The notes under the pieces are model-generated. The model saw nothing but the letters and a program-made list of their open reading frames with translations, had not been told where the DNA came from and searched no databases. Position numbers and translations under genes: made by a program. 64,000 nt of DNA from Eledone cirrhosa. Lineage: Eukaryota. The stretch lies in assembly GCA_964016885.1 (NCBI GenBank), contig OZ024741.1, positions 284,952,001 to 285,016,000 on the forward strand. Direction: 5' to 3'. This document shows positions 1 to 12,277 of the stretch, one piece after another; positions within the stretch are counted from its first letter, which is position 1, and every line of letters begins with the position of its first letter.

Positions 1-59
1 TTTTTTTATTGAAGCATTTTTAATTAGAGCAATATTTAAATTCTTTGGAACACCATTTA

Positions 60-420
60 CTCGTATTTTCGGCTTTACTACATCTTACTCCGAACAAAAC
101 GATGGTCTGTCCAGCACTCAGCTCCTCGCAACACACGGATATCACAGATATCTCGAAAATTACGACTACGTACAAGAGCAATATCTATCATGTGATACTG
201 CTTTGAACATAGATGGATCCAGGTTGTATTGTACTTCTCGTTGTGTTGGAAGAAAGTGTTAGCTATATAAACAATTAATTCCTGGCATATTTGCAGGAGT
301 AACAAGCCATTGCTATTACATTTTCCAATCCCATGTTTACTAATTACATCCCACACTATTGGAGGGTCCTTGAATCTCCCGAGTTCCTCTGCTCTTTGAC
401 GGGCTTTGTTTTTCATTCTG
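60..420 (-). mobile_element. RTE-clade LINE fragment, AP-endonuclease C-terminal half
   Basis: ORF 78-416 has APE motifs HGIGKCNSNGLLLL, NTFFQH..TTW.H, IDI.LVR and GAECWTDH (SDH-equivalent), typical of RTE elements. Confidence 0.85.
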
Positions 421-539
421 CAGGATGTCCAATAATAACTTTCCTCGCTAAGCCTGGTTGGGCTGTCGGTTTAATTGCCGATGACTTGACCATATGAAAT
501 GATATACTGGGCTACATGTTATTAGTAGTGCTGAAGAGC

Positions 540-637
540 ATACATACATACACACATACATACATACACACATACATACATACATACATACATACATACA
601 TACATACATACATACATACATACATACATACATACAT
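540..637. repeat. (CATA)n microsatellite
   Basis: Directly visible. Confidence 0.97.
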
Positions 638-1099
638 GATGCATGATGTAGTGTCCAAACACTGTACAATGCAACCCCTAGAAAGGGTAGCACCGACAAT
701 AAACACTTTAAAAGCTACAGCAATGTGGAAGACATACATATACATAATATGAAAGAGTACTGGTGGAATGTTCCAGTCAAAATCCCAATAAAATGCAGGC
801 ATAACAGACCAGGAAAAAGAAGAGACAGGGAAAAGAAGGCATACACAGTGGAAGTTAACTGCCCAACAGATGCCAATATAATATTTAAAATTAGTGAAAA
901 GGAGAATATCTATGCAGAACTAATGAGAAATCTGCAGACACTCCACCCTGTCTCTACCTTCAGATTTATACCTGTGATTATTGGGGCACTGGGGTATGTT
1001 AGTAACTGCCTCAGTACAAATCTTGAGAAGCTAGGCTTCACAGAAACAGAAAGAACACAACTAGTTAGGAAATTACAAGTACAATCCAAAAAAATGTAA
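638..1099 (+). mobile_element. Decayed 3' fragment of an R4/Dong-like non-LTR element (restriction-like endonuclease domain)
   Basis: HD.V, EYWWN, HNRP, EV.CP.D.N, EKE.IY..L and F.FIP.IIGA.GY match the C-terminus of the ORF at 12434-14674; frameshifted; abuts (CATA)n. Confidence 0.85.
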
Positions 1100-1755
1100 A
1101 ACATTCCAAATATTCTACATGTAATAACTAAATATACACTTGCACAGATATAACACAAAACATACACATTCACATCCATATCTACACATGCATGCATGAA
1201 TACATATCTACCTAGTTGATGTTGTGTAAATTCCAATGAGAGAGTCTTGTATCTATGCTAGAAACCTACTCTTTCTCACACACACACATACACATACACA
1301 CACACACATACATACATACACATGTGTACATACATACACACATGCATACATACATGCGTAGATATATACATACATGAAAACATGCGTGCAAAAATGTATA
1401 CTACGCAAATCGCTTCGTTTCCGATGATGTGTGTTCCAGTTGTTTGATAAACAGACCAGCTTGTACATTAAATAAACGTGTAAGCGCCTGAGAACTCCAC
1501 AGACACGTGTACCTAATTCAGAGTAACACAATGAATCTAACGGGATTTCACACTGTTTCTGTCTGCCTAGTTTCACTCATATGAAATGGGCCGACCGGAC
1601 ACTTTGGTATACGACACTTGCTTTAGTGGCTACGCAGATAGATCGAACCTGTGACCCGATGATTGCAAAGCAAATCTCTCAACCATTCAGCCAGCCTGCG
1701 TCCCTGCATAACAAGGAATAATACAGAAATACACACACATTTCTAATCCCACACA

Positions 1756-2087
<332 letters not shown>

Positions 2088-2435
2088 CCGAAATACGATT
2101 CTCGCTAATTTATATTTGTATTAATCTCCAGAGTCTAGCTATTGACCAGTTAATTTTCTTGGTTTTTTTAGTTAATTCTATTAACTGATTAATAGCTCTG
2201 GTTAATTTTAAAACCATTCTGTTGAGAGCTTAATTCGTCTTGTGATATTTTGCAATTTTGCAATAACACACATACTGAATTCATCCGCCAAAACTAAGGG
2301 TTGTCCCCTTGTCAAGCCCCACGTGGGTTTTGATAACGGTCAGTCCTTGGCTTGGCACTGAACTAAAAGCCTATTGAGAAAGTGACTTCCTTGTTCGATC
2401 ATCATACCAAAAGCTTAACATTATTTGTACTTGCT

Positions 2436-2621
2436 AGGGCGGTGGATTGGCAGTATCGGTAGAGGGTCGGACGCCATGCTTTCCAGCATAGTTACGTCCC
2501 TTTACGATCTGAGTTCAAATTCCGCCGAGGTTGACTTTGCCTTTCATCCTTACGGGGTCGATAAAATAAAGTACCAGTAATGCACTGGGTAGTTGCTGGC
2601 CTTGTGCCTAAAGTAGAAACA
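2436..2621 (+). mobile_element. tRNA-derived SINE, family A (octopus OK-like), full length
   Basis: A-box-like TGGCAGTATCGG, B-box GAGTTCAAAT, core GCCTTTCATCCTTACGGGGTCGATAAAAT; 16-bp TSD ATTATTTGTACTTGCT at 2420-2435 and 2622-2637. Confidence 0.9.
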
Positions 2622-3021
2622 ATTATTTGTACTTGCTTTAGGAGTTGCAGAAACCCAATGCTGGATATTACCAACCTTCCAGGGGTCCGGGTATAATTTT
2701 CAATCATATTTTATTTGTTTGACTCGAATTACTTGGTCGTTTCTATGGCTGTGCGGATAATAGTTTAACCATCGTCTCAGTGTGTTTGGCCTTTTAACTT
2801 ATGTTGTAATTCTAGTTCACTAGCTTCTATGGAGCGCTTGCCACACATCTCGGAAGTTGTTTTTCGCTAATTTCCAATAGCCGAAATACGATTCTCTCTA
2901 ATTTATATTTGTATATATATATGTGTGTATTTTTCCTTTCCTTCTTCGTTTTCCAGCCTCACTTTCATATAGATTATATTTTTGTTTTTAAAATCCAATG
3001 TCAATAAATACACCAGGATTT

Positions 3022-3082
3022 TTTCATTCTGATGATTGAAAGCAAAATTTGTTTGCTTTCAAGAAACCACTGGTAAATGAAA
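3022..3082 (+). ncRNA. Type I hammerhead ribozyme
   Basis: Stem I TTTCATT/AATGAAA; core CTGATGA; stem II TTGAAAGCAAA/TTTGCTTTCAA; GAAAC-CACTG-GTA (GUA triplet). Confidence 0.88.
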
Positions 3083-3125
3083 TAATTGCCTTATGTTGTT
3101 TATTACATAACTATATATATATATA

Positions 3126-3158
<33 letters not shown>

Positions 3159-4787
3159 ACCCATTTACGTGCGCTGTATCGAAGCGAATAACAATGTGTA
3201 TACTCTGGGTATTTATTTAACATTACCTATTGAGTACGCTGAGATGCAACCGGTAATAGCAGTGATACCCATGCTAATTCCGTCAACCTATTATTATATA
3301 TATATATTTATATATATACCGACTCTTTAACAATGCAACAAAACCATCACCCCTCGGCTAGTACTTTTTTGGTTGGATTTGAAATCAGCGCGCAGAGAGC
3401 AGTAACAAAGACAACAACGCACCTTAATCAACTTTTAACATATCCACCAATCTAAAAATTCTGCTTGACTGGTACTTCATTTATCGACCCAGAAAAGATA
3501 AAAAACAAATTTGAGAAGACAATGGTATTTGAACTAACTCAGAATGTAGTGAACCTCAACAAATATACCGAGATATTGAACCCAAGGTTCTAACGTCTCT
3601 GCCAATACAATTACCCAGAAATGTAAGCATATCATAAACAAAACAAAGCGCCAGAAAATTAAGTTAATACTATTATGTTCAAGGTCAACAATAATCGAGA
3701 CACTCTAACAACTCTGCCAAAGGGTCAACAACAACAATGAGCAGAAACAGCTAGATCATTATACAGATGTGGAATATCCATTATACTAATATCAGTGGAT
3801 ATATAAGGTAAATCATTTAGAAAATGCTATGTAAATAAGCTGAATTCATATGCAAATCTTGGAATTCTAATCGTTTGCTCAAGTGAGCATTAATATTTGA
3901 AAAACTAATGAAAAAACATTACTTGATTATATTATAATGTATTTTGCTTCATTTCACGCTATAGTTATAAATATTTGTTGCTGTTGATGCATTTTGTTTA
4001 TTTACAGAATATTTAATTACGTATTAGCAATACCAATAAAATTCATATTCTCGAGATTGGATAACAATTTTGTGTCTGTCACATGAATGCTATGGAATAT
4101 TAAAACGCTCTAAACATCTTTATTCAGAATTCATTGAACAGTTAAAAGTATAAAATAGTGGGCATGAAGAAGGTTCAGATCATTTAGACGTTCTAAAATG
4201 CTTTCATTCATGACAATAGTCAGCGTTCCCTGCCAATAGTGTGTCCTCTATATGTCTCTATACGTCTTTATTTCTCTGCTTATATGTTGTTATTGACTTT
4301 CAGCGGTTCCAACGATGCCGACTACATTGATTCAACTGAATCGACGAAACTGCTTGTTTGTAAAATTAACGTGTAGTTGTCTGCCCATTTGATATATACT
4401 CTCAAGGTAGGTTTTAGGGAGGTTCAACATAACACAATGTATGAAAAGGCTGGCCCCATGAATTACAGTTGTAAACCATTTTCCCAGCTAAGTGAAGTGG
4501 AGCAACAAGAAATAAATTGTTATTCATACACCAATTGTTTATTGGTAGGTTGATTTCGCATTCAAAAACTACGAAGTAGCTTTTTTCTATCATGTTAAAG
4601 ATTTTTGACGACATAAATTACAAAATACATTTCAATTTAGTAATTATAGATAATTTTAACAACGTATATTACAAAGTCCATCATAATCATTATATTATCT
4701 ATATGCCACAGCAATGTCATATGGAAGAATTGAGATGGAGGAAAAGATACTTGTACATGTATCGGCAAATAAACCCTGGTGCAAATC

Positions 4788-4900
4788 TAGTGAAGGGACG
4801 TAACTTAGAGGGTAGGATGCTGGGCTCAAGATCATAAGGTCATGGGTTTGATTTCTTGGATGGGCTGCGCATTATGTCCTTGCGCAAGATACTTTATCTT
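4788..4900 (+). mobile_element. tRNA-derived SINE, family B, degenerate
   Basis: Similar to 52876-53020: GTGAAGG head, GGTTTGATT B-box, TGTCCTTG.GCAAGA.ACTTTAT core. Confidence 0.6.
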
Positions 4901-5262
4901 TGCCTGTAAATAGTTATATATATATATATATGTAGATAAATCTACCAAAAGTTTACGGTAGTGTCCAATCCGTATGAAGAACTCAATGTAATCCGGATAT
5001 CATGAAAAGAGAAGATGCATTCAAAAACTATTTTCGGTGAAAAATAAACGGAAAACAGAGTCAAGATAAATTAATAAAATAATGAATAAACAAAGAACCA
5101 GTTCCTTATATTAAAAAAAAAATCATCATTTTACGATCGTTTCTAGGATATATATGTGTTAGAGTTGGTATGCATATTCTATAGATCTATGTACAATATT
5201 TATACAAACTATCAGAGGGAATATACATACCTACACATATATATGCTGTCTTCAGAAATAAT

Positions 5263-5436
5263 TGTTTCTACTTTAGGCACAAGGCCAGCAATTACCAGTG
5301 CATTACTGGTACTTTATTTTATCGACCCCGTAAGGATGAAAGGCAAAGTCAACCTCGGCGGGATTTGAACTCAGATGGTAAAGGGACGTAACTATGCTGG
5401 AAAGCATGGCGTCCGACCCTCTACCGATACTGCCAA
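5263..5436 (-). mobile_element. SINE family A inserted in the left arm only
   Basis: TSD TCAGAAATAAT at 5252-5262 and 5437-5447; empty site in the right arm near 8214-8224. Confidence 0.92.
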
Positions 5437-6090
5437 TCAGAAATAATGATATTTGTTTATTGAAAAAAACAAAGATTCAATACAATAGGTCTGTTTGGGA
5501 ACAGGTTTTGAATTGACCAATAGAGAGATAGTGAGGGTCAGGATAGTAATATAGTAGTAGAAGAACCTTAAATTATGGGTAGAGGAAGGTAGATTTCAGT
5601 TTTGGATGGAAAAGAATATTATGAATGAAGGAATATTTTAGGGAAGAAATAGGTCTTATGCTGACCTCAGAAATAATTTTATTTTTTCATTTTTTCATTG
5701 AATAAAACCAACAAAGATCTAATATATTCTGTCTGTTTGGTAAGAGGTTTAGAATTAACCAATAGAAAGTTAATAATTGGCCAAATGGTAAAAATAGTAG
5801 TAATTGATGCTTATTTTAGGGGTGAAAATAGGTCAGGTGGTCAGTAAAAGGTATACAAGCAGTTGCTGTTATAAAATAGTAATGCCAATACAAATATCTA
5901 AGGTGACTAAAGTTTTAAGATAAGAATGTTAGTAAAAAAAAAAATATATATGAAAAGAATATAAATTAATTTAATTGATGGGTATATTTATATTGATAAA
6001 GTTATACTAATACATATAGATATGATAAATAAGAGTTAGATGCAGTTGAAAAATGCTGTTAAAGATGAGGGGAAATTAAAAGAATATAAA

Positions 6091-6166
<76 letters not shown>

Positions 6167-6194
6167 TTATACACATATATATATACATATATAT

Positions 6195-6238
<44 letters not shown>

Positions 6239-6430
6239 TTATATATATATATATACATATATATACATACACACACACACACACATACACACATATATAC
6301 ATATACATATATATACACATATATATATATATATATATACATAGATATATACATGCACATATACATACATACACATACATATACACACACATATACATTT
6401 ATATATACATATAATTATTGGGGGGGGGGG

Positions 6431-6859
6431 GAATGTAACTGTAGAAACAAGGCAAACTGTCCATTAAAAGGAAATTGCCTTGTTAATAACATAGTATATA
6501 AATGTAAAGTTAACACTAAGGACTCAATTTATTCATATATAGGAGCTACCTCTAACAAATTTAAGGTAAGATTTAATACCCACAAACATAGTTTTAAAAA
6601 TGCCGCACTAGCTAATACAACATCTCTAGCTGAAATAATAAATAGTTATAGAAAGAGGAATATAGAATATGACCTGACCTGGAGTGTGCTCAAAAGGGCC
6701 ACCCCTTATCAAAATAGTAGAAATGAATGTAGATTATGTTCCCAAGAACTTTTTGAAATAATGAAATCTAAGGATATCCTATTAAATAAGCGACAGGAAT
6801 TAATTATATCGTGTAATCATAAACTGAGAAAAACCTTTAAATATTATAAACCTAATTAA
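6431..6859 (+). pseudogene. Penelope-like GIY-YIG endonuclease domain (5'-truncated)
   Basis: CNC...CPL.G.CL..NIVY.C...YIG.T...FK.RF..H, W..L, C.LC..E, LNKR.E...C.H; followed by a 110-bp tandem duplication (about 6843-7062). Confidence 0.9.
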
Positions 6860-7402
6860 TAGACACTTTAGAAATTAATTTATAAATTATTTTTATTTAG
6901 TTAACCTATAATTAATATTCTACTACTGATGAACTACATAATTCTGCTTTAAAAATTATAAACCTAATTAATATACACTTTAGAAATTAATATATAAACT
7001 ATTTTTAATTTAGTTAACCTATAATTAATATTCTACTACTAATGAACTACATAATTTTGCTTTCCTTCTTACAAATATCATTTCCTAAAACTGATACCAT
7101 TAAGTAAACATATATAATGCTTAAACTTCAGGTTATGACTCTATGTTCCTTGAAAACTATATATATTTACTATTTCTCACTAATAAATTTAATCCCCCCC
7201 CCCCCAATAATTATATGTATATATAAATGTATATGTGTGTGTATATGTATGTGTTGTATGTTTATTGGCATGTATATATCTATGTATATATATATATATA
7301 TATAATATATATATATGTGTATATATATGTATATGTATATATATATATATGTGTGTATGTGTGTGTGTGTGTATGTATATATATGTATATATATATATAT
7401 AA

Positions 7403-7508
<106 letters not shown>

Positions 7509-8212
7509 ATATATATGTATATATATATGTGTATAAGTATATATATATATATATATATTATTTTTATATTCTTTTAATTTCCCCTCATCTTTAACAGCAT
7601 TTTTCAACTGCATCTAACTCTTATTTATCATATCTATATGTATTAGTATAATTTTATCAATATAAATATACCCATCAATTAAATTAGTTTAGATTCTTTT
7701 CATAGATGTATATATATATTTTTTTTTTACTAACATTCTTATCTTAAAACTTTAGTCACCTTAGATATTTGTATTGGCATTACTATTTTATAACAGCAAC
7801 TGCTTGTATACCTTTTACTGACCACCTGACCTATTTTCACCCCTAAAATAAGCATCAATTACTACTATTTTACCATTTGGCCAATTATTAACTTTCTATT
7901 GGTTAATTCTAAACCTCTTACCAAACAGACAGAATATATTAGATCTTTGTTGGTTTTATTCAATGAAAAAATGAAAAAATAAAATTATTTCTGAGGTCAG
8001 CATAAGACCTATTTCTTCCCTAAAATAATCCTTCATTCATAATATTCTTTTCCATCCAAAACTGAAATCTACCTTCCTCTACCCATAATTTAAGGTTCTT
8101 CTACTACTATATTACTATCCTGACCCTCACTAACTCTCTATTGGTCAATTCAAAACCTGTTCCCAAACAGACCTATTGTATTGAATCTTTGTTTTTTTCA
8201 ATAAACAAATAT

Positions 8213-8352
8213 CATTATTTCTGAAGACAGCATATATATGTGTAGGTATGTATATTCCCTCTGATAGTTTGTATAAATATTGTACATAGATCTATAGAAT
8301 ATGCATACCAACTCTAACACATATATATCCTAGAAACGATCGTAAAATGATG
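8213..8352 (+). ncRNA. Hammerhead ribozyme with a 105-nt extended stem II
   Basis: Stem I CATTATTT/AAATGATG; CTGAAGA at 8221; stem II includes ATATATATGTGT/ACACATATATAT and GGTATGTATATTC/GAATATGCATACC; GAAAC-GATC-GTA at 8333-8344. Confidence 0.75.
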
Positions 8353-8430
8353 AATTTTTTTAATATAAGGAACTGGTTCTTTGTTTATTCATTATTTTAT
8401 TAATTTATATATATATATATATATATATAT

Positions 8431-9036
8431 GGTGGCTGCCAACTCGTTTTCGAGTACGGCCACTACTTTATATCCACGTAGGAGAACCCCTACCGATGCG
8501 CTGAACGAGTGACTTTTTAGTCCAGCCAGCGACTTGAAAACTCTGGTACAAACACTACACTTGTGGCAATTATTGACACATCGTGCTTTGCCTTTGGTAC
8601 CATGTGACGACAAGTGCAGAGAGATCTCCAGATACAAAGCAATGCCTGTGCCGTGAAGCTTTTATAGTGAGCAAAGGCACTGCACAAAGCCAGTCCCACT
8701 CTCTTAACCAAGATGATATTTACCAAAAAGAAGAACAAGTCAACATCATTGGATACCATCAGGGTTGCAGGTGTTATATCAGAGTTTTCCTTCTCCTAGA
8801 ATTCTCCCTTGACAAAGGCTAAGGGGTCATCTCTCCCACTGATTTTGGATGGCCATTGACTCTTAAGAGCTCCTTTGCCCTTTGACAGGTTTTGTTTTTA
8901 GTCCTGCAGGATGTCCAAAGTCACCCTCCTCACCAAGAAACCTTGGTGGGGTTGCCAGTTTAGTCGCCAACGACCCGACCATGAGACAGGTTGTACTGGG
9001 ATACATGTTACCAGTAGCACCAAGTGGTGACCTGAC
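8431..9036 (-). mobile_element. Bipartite non-autonomous RTE-derived retroposon (about 600 bp), copy 1
   Basis: RTE 5' motif CTAGGAGAAGGAAAACTCTG joined to a 3' piece encoding [17 protein letters not shown]; terminal stem-loop CTCG-AAAA-CGAG then (TA)n; four copies in the window. Confidence 0.8.
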
Positions 9037-9160
9037 ATATATATATATATCCATACATACATATATATATATTCATACATATATATATATTCATACATAT
9101 ATACATACATATATATATCAATACATATATATACATACATATATATATCAATACATATAT

Positions 9161-9201
<41 letters not shown>

Positions 9202-9202
9202 C

Positions 9203-9237
<35 letters not shown>

Positions 9238-9311
9238 CATATATATATACATACATATATATATACATACATATATACATACATATATATATACATATAT
9301 ATATACATACA

Positions 9312-9349
<38 letters not shown>

Positions 9350-9352
9350 CAT

Positions 9353-9420
<68 letters not shown>

Positions 9421-9562
9421 TTAGGTTAGTAGGAGTTAGGTATTATATACCCGCGTCCCGTTAAGGTATTGGCAGCATAATAATTAGCTCTATGCTTTGG
9501 AGCAGAGCCGTATATATGAAAACGAACACAAGAGCGTCTACAACATCAAAAGATTTTTATTG

Positions 9563-9609
9563 GCTAACAATGTTTCTTCCTTACGTGTAACCGTAGGCTT
9601 CATCAGAGC
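9563..9609 (-). ncRNA. Type I hammerhead ribozyme (left-arm copy)
   Basis: GCT-CTGATGA-AGCCTACGGTTACACGTAAGGAA-GAAAC-ATT-GTT-AGC. Confidence 0.75.
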
Positions 9610-10045
9610 TATAAAAGGGGTTTGATTGGTGTTATGGACTCTACCAACCAAACACCCAAGAACAAAGAGTAAAGAGAGTAAAGAGCAAAAGTAGGGGACG
9701 ATAAGTCTAATTTTGGTGCGGGAGGGTGGGGTGTTGGTCCTTGTTTACTAGCTGCGGTCATATTCATTCCCGGGGGTCGGGTGGTTAGCTGAACCAGAGA
9801 TGGGGTGGCGTGGATAGTATGGTGCAGAGGGTGCGCAGAGGCTACACAAACACAAAGGGCGTAGAATACATATATACATATAGCGGAGGAGAAGGTACAT
9901 GAGGTAATTAGAAATGGAAAAAGAGTAATAATAATAATCTATGATTAATAGTGTATAATAAGGCATGGGGAAGATTACACTATAATAAGGTATAAAGGTA
10001 AGAATAAGGTAAAATATAAAGGAGGATAAAAGTGGAAATAATAAT

Positions 10046-10231
10046 TGTTTCTACTTTAGGCACAAGGCCAGCAATTACCCAGTGCATTACTGGTACTTTA
10101 TTTTATCGACCCCGTAAGGATGAAAGGCAAAGTCAACCTCGGCGGGATTTGAACTCAGATCGTAAAGGGACGTAACTATGCTGGAAAGCGTGGCGTCCGA
10201 CCCTCTACCGATACTGCCAATCCACCACCAT
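10046..10231 (-). mobile_element. SINE family A inserted in the left arm only
   Basis: TSD TGGAAATAATAAT at 10033-10045 and 10232-10244; absent from the right arm near 11000. Confidence 0.92.
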
Positions 10232-11432
10232 TGGAAATAATAATAAAGATAAAGTGGAAATAATAATAAAGATAAAAAATATATAGAGAATATATAAGGA
10301 AATATAAGCGAATATTTGGAGGGGAAAACACAACGTAAAAAAACCGATTTTTTTCAAACAATAATAAAAAATATAATAAAAATATAATAATTATGGGGGG
10401 AGAAAGCAGGATAGAGAAATATGATCAAGTGTGATTCGTTGAGAGAATATGGGATGATAACAGTTGTGTCCAGTTTATACATCTTAATAATAAATAATAA
10501 ACAATATGTGTATCAGAGTTGCAGAACCTTCAATTCACTTACGGGTTCAAGCCACGTGGCATGGTCCATTGTTTATCTGTGCGGTCATGTGCGTTTGTTT
10601 TTGACACCACAGCAGATGCACAAGTTTGTAAATTCCAATGCAGATAGAAGTCAATTTTTGCTCACCCGGACATTGACCGAGGATCCAATATTCCTAGTTC
10701 AATATGTGTTTGGTGTTATTTTGTTCGCACAAATCAATCAATTGGTTCAATATATGGAGTATGGTTTCCTGGTCTTCGTGACAGTGTCAGTGGTTGTATA
10801 TTTGGAAGTCACAATATTCTCTCAACGAATCACACTTGATCATATTTCTCTATCCTGCTTTCTCCCCCCATAATTATTATATTTTTATTATATTTTTTAT
10901 TATTGTTTGAAAAAAATCGGTTGTTTTACATTGTGTTTTCCCCTCCAAATATTCGCTTATATTTCCTTATATATTCTCTATATATTTTTTATCTTTATTA
11001 TTATTTCCACTTTTATCCTCCTTTATATTTTACCTTATTCTTACCTTTATACCTTATTATAGTGTAATCTTCCCCATGCCTTATTATACACTATTAATTA
11101 TAGATTATTATTATTACTCTTTTTCCATTTCTAATTACCTCATGTACCTTCTCCTCCGCTATATGTATATATGTATTCTACGCCCTTTGTATTTGTGTAG
11201 CCTCTGCGCACCCTCTGCACCATACTATCCACGCCACCCCATCTATGGTTCAACTAAACACCCGACCCCCGGGAATGAATATGACCGCAGCTAGTAAACA
11301 AGGACCAACACCCCACCCTCCTGCACCAAAATTAGACTTATCGTCCCCTACTTTTGCTCTTTACTCTCTTTACTCTTTGTTCTTGGGTGTTTGGTTGGTA
11401 GAGTCCATAATACCAATCAAACCCCTTTTATA

Positions 11433-11479
11433 GCTCTGATGAATCCTACGGTTACACGTAAGGAAGAAACATTGTTAGC
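11433..11479 (+). ncRNA. Type I hammerhead ribozyme (right-arm copy)
   Basis: GCT-CTGATGA-ATCCTACGGTTACACGTAAGGAA-GAAAC-ATT-GTT-AGC. Confidence 0.78.
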
Positions 11480-11524
11480 CAATAAAAATCTTTTGATGTT
11501 GTAGACGCTCTTGTGTTCTTTTTC

Positions 11525-11555
<31 letters not shown>

Positions 11556-11608
11556 CATACATATATATATATATATACATACATATATATATATACATAC
11601 ATATATAT

Positions 11609-12193
11609 GGTGGCGGCCAACTTGTTTTCGAGTACGGCCACTACTTTATATCAATGTAGGAGAACCCCTACCGATGCGCTGAACGAGTGTGACTTTTTAG
11701 TCCAGCCAGCGACTTGAAAACTCTGGAACAAACACTACACTTGTGACCATTATTGACACATAGTGCTGGGCTCATGGTACCATGTGACGACAAGTGCAGA
11801 GAGATCTCCAGATATAAAGCAATGCCTATGCCGTGAAGCTTTTATAGTGAGCAAAGGCACTGAACAAAGCCAGTCCCACTCTCTTAACCAAGATGATATT
11901 TACCAAAAAGAAGAAAAAGTCAACATCATTGGATACCATCAGGGTTGCTGGTGTTATATCAGAGTTTTCCTTCTCCTAGTATTCTGCCTTGACAAAGGTT
12001 AAGGGGTCATCTCTCCCGGTGAGTTTGGATGGCCATTGACTCTTAAGAGCTCCTTTGCCCTTTGACAGGTTTTGTTTTTAGTCCTGCAAGATGTCCAAAG
12101 TCACCCTCCTCACCAAGAAACGTTGGTGGGGTTGCCAGTTTAGTCGCCTACGACCCGACCATGAGACAGGTTGTACTGGGATACATGTTACCA
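11609..12193 (-). mobile_element. Bipartite non-autonomous RTE-derived retroposon, copy 2
   Basis: Highly similar to 8431-9036; TA/TACA tracts on both sides. Confidence 0.82.
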
Positions 12194-12277
12194 CATACAT
12201 ATATATATATATACATACATATATATATAAATACATATATATGTACATACATATATATATACATACATATATATTAA

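Larger units (their letters stand above)
9524..11518. mobile_element. Hammerhead-bearing Penelope-like fold-back; arms 9524-10450 and 10815-11518
   Basis: Reverse-complement arms with a few substitutions; hammerhead followed by AATAAA at each outer end; flanked by TA. Confidence 0.85.

Noticed and set aside
10421-10873. 150-aa ORF in the fold-back spacer
   Set aside because: No recognisable GIY-YIG or RT motif; left uncalled.
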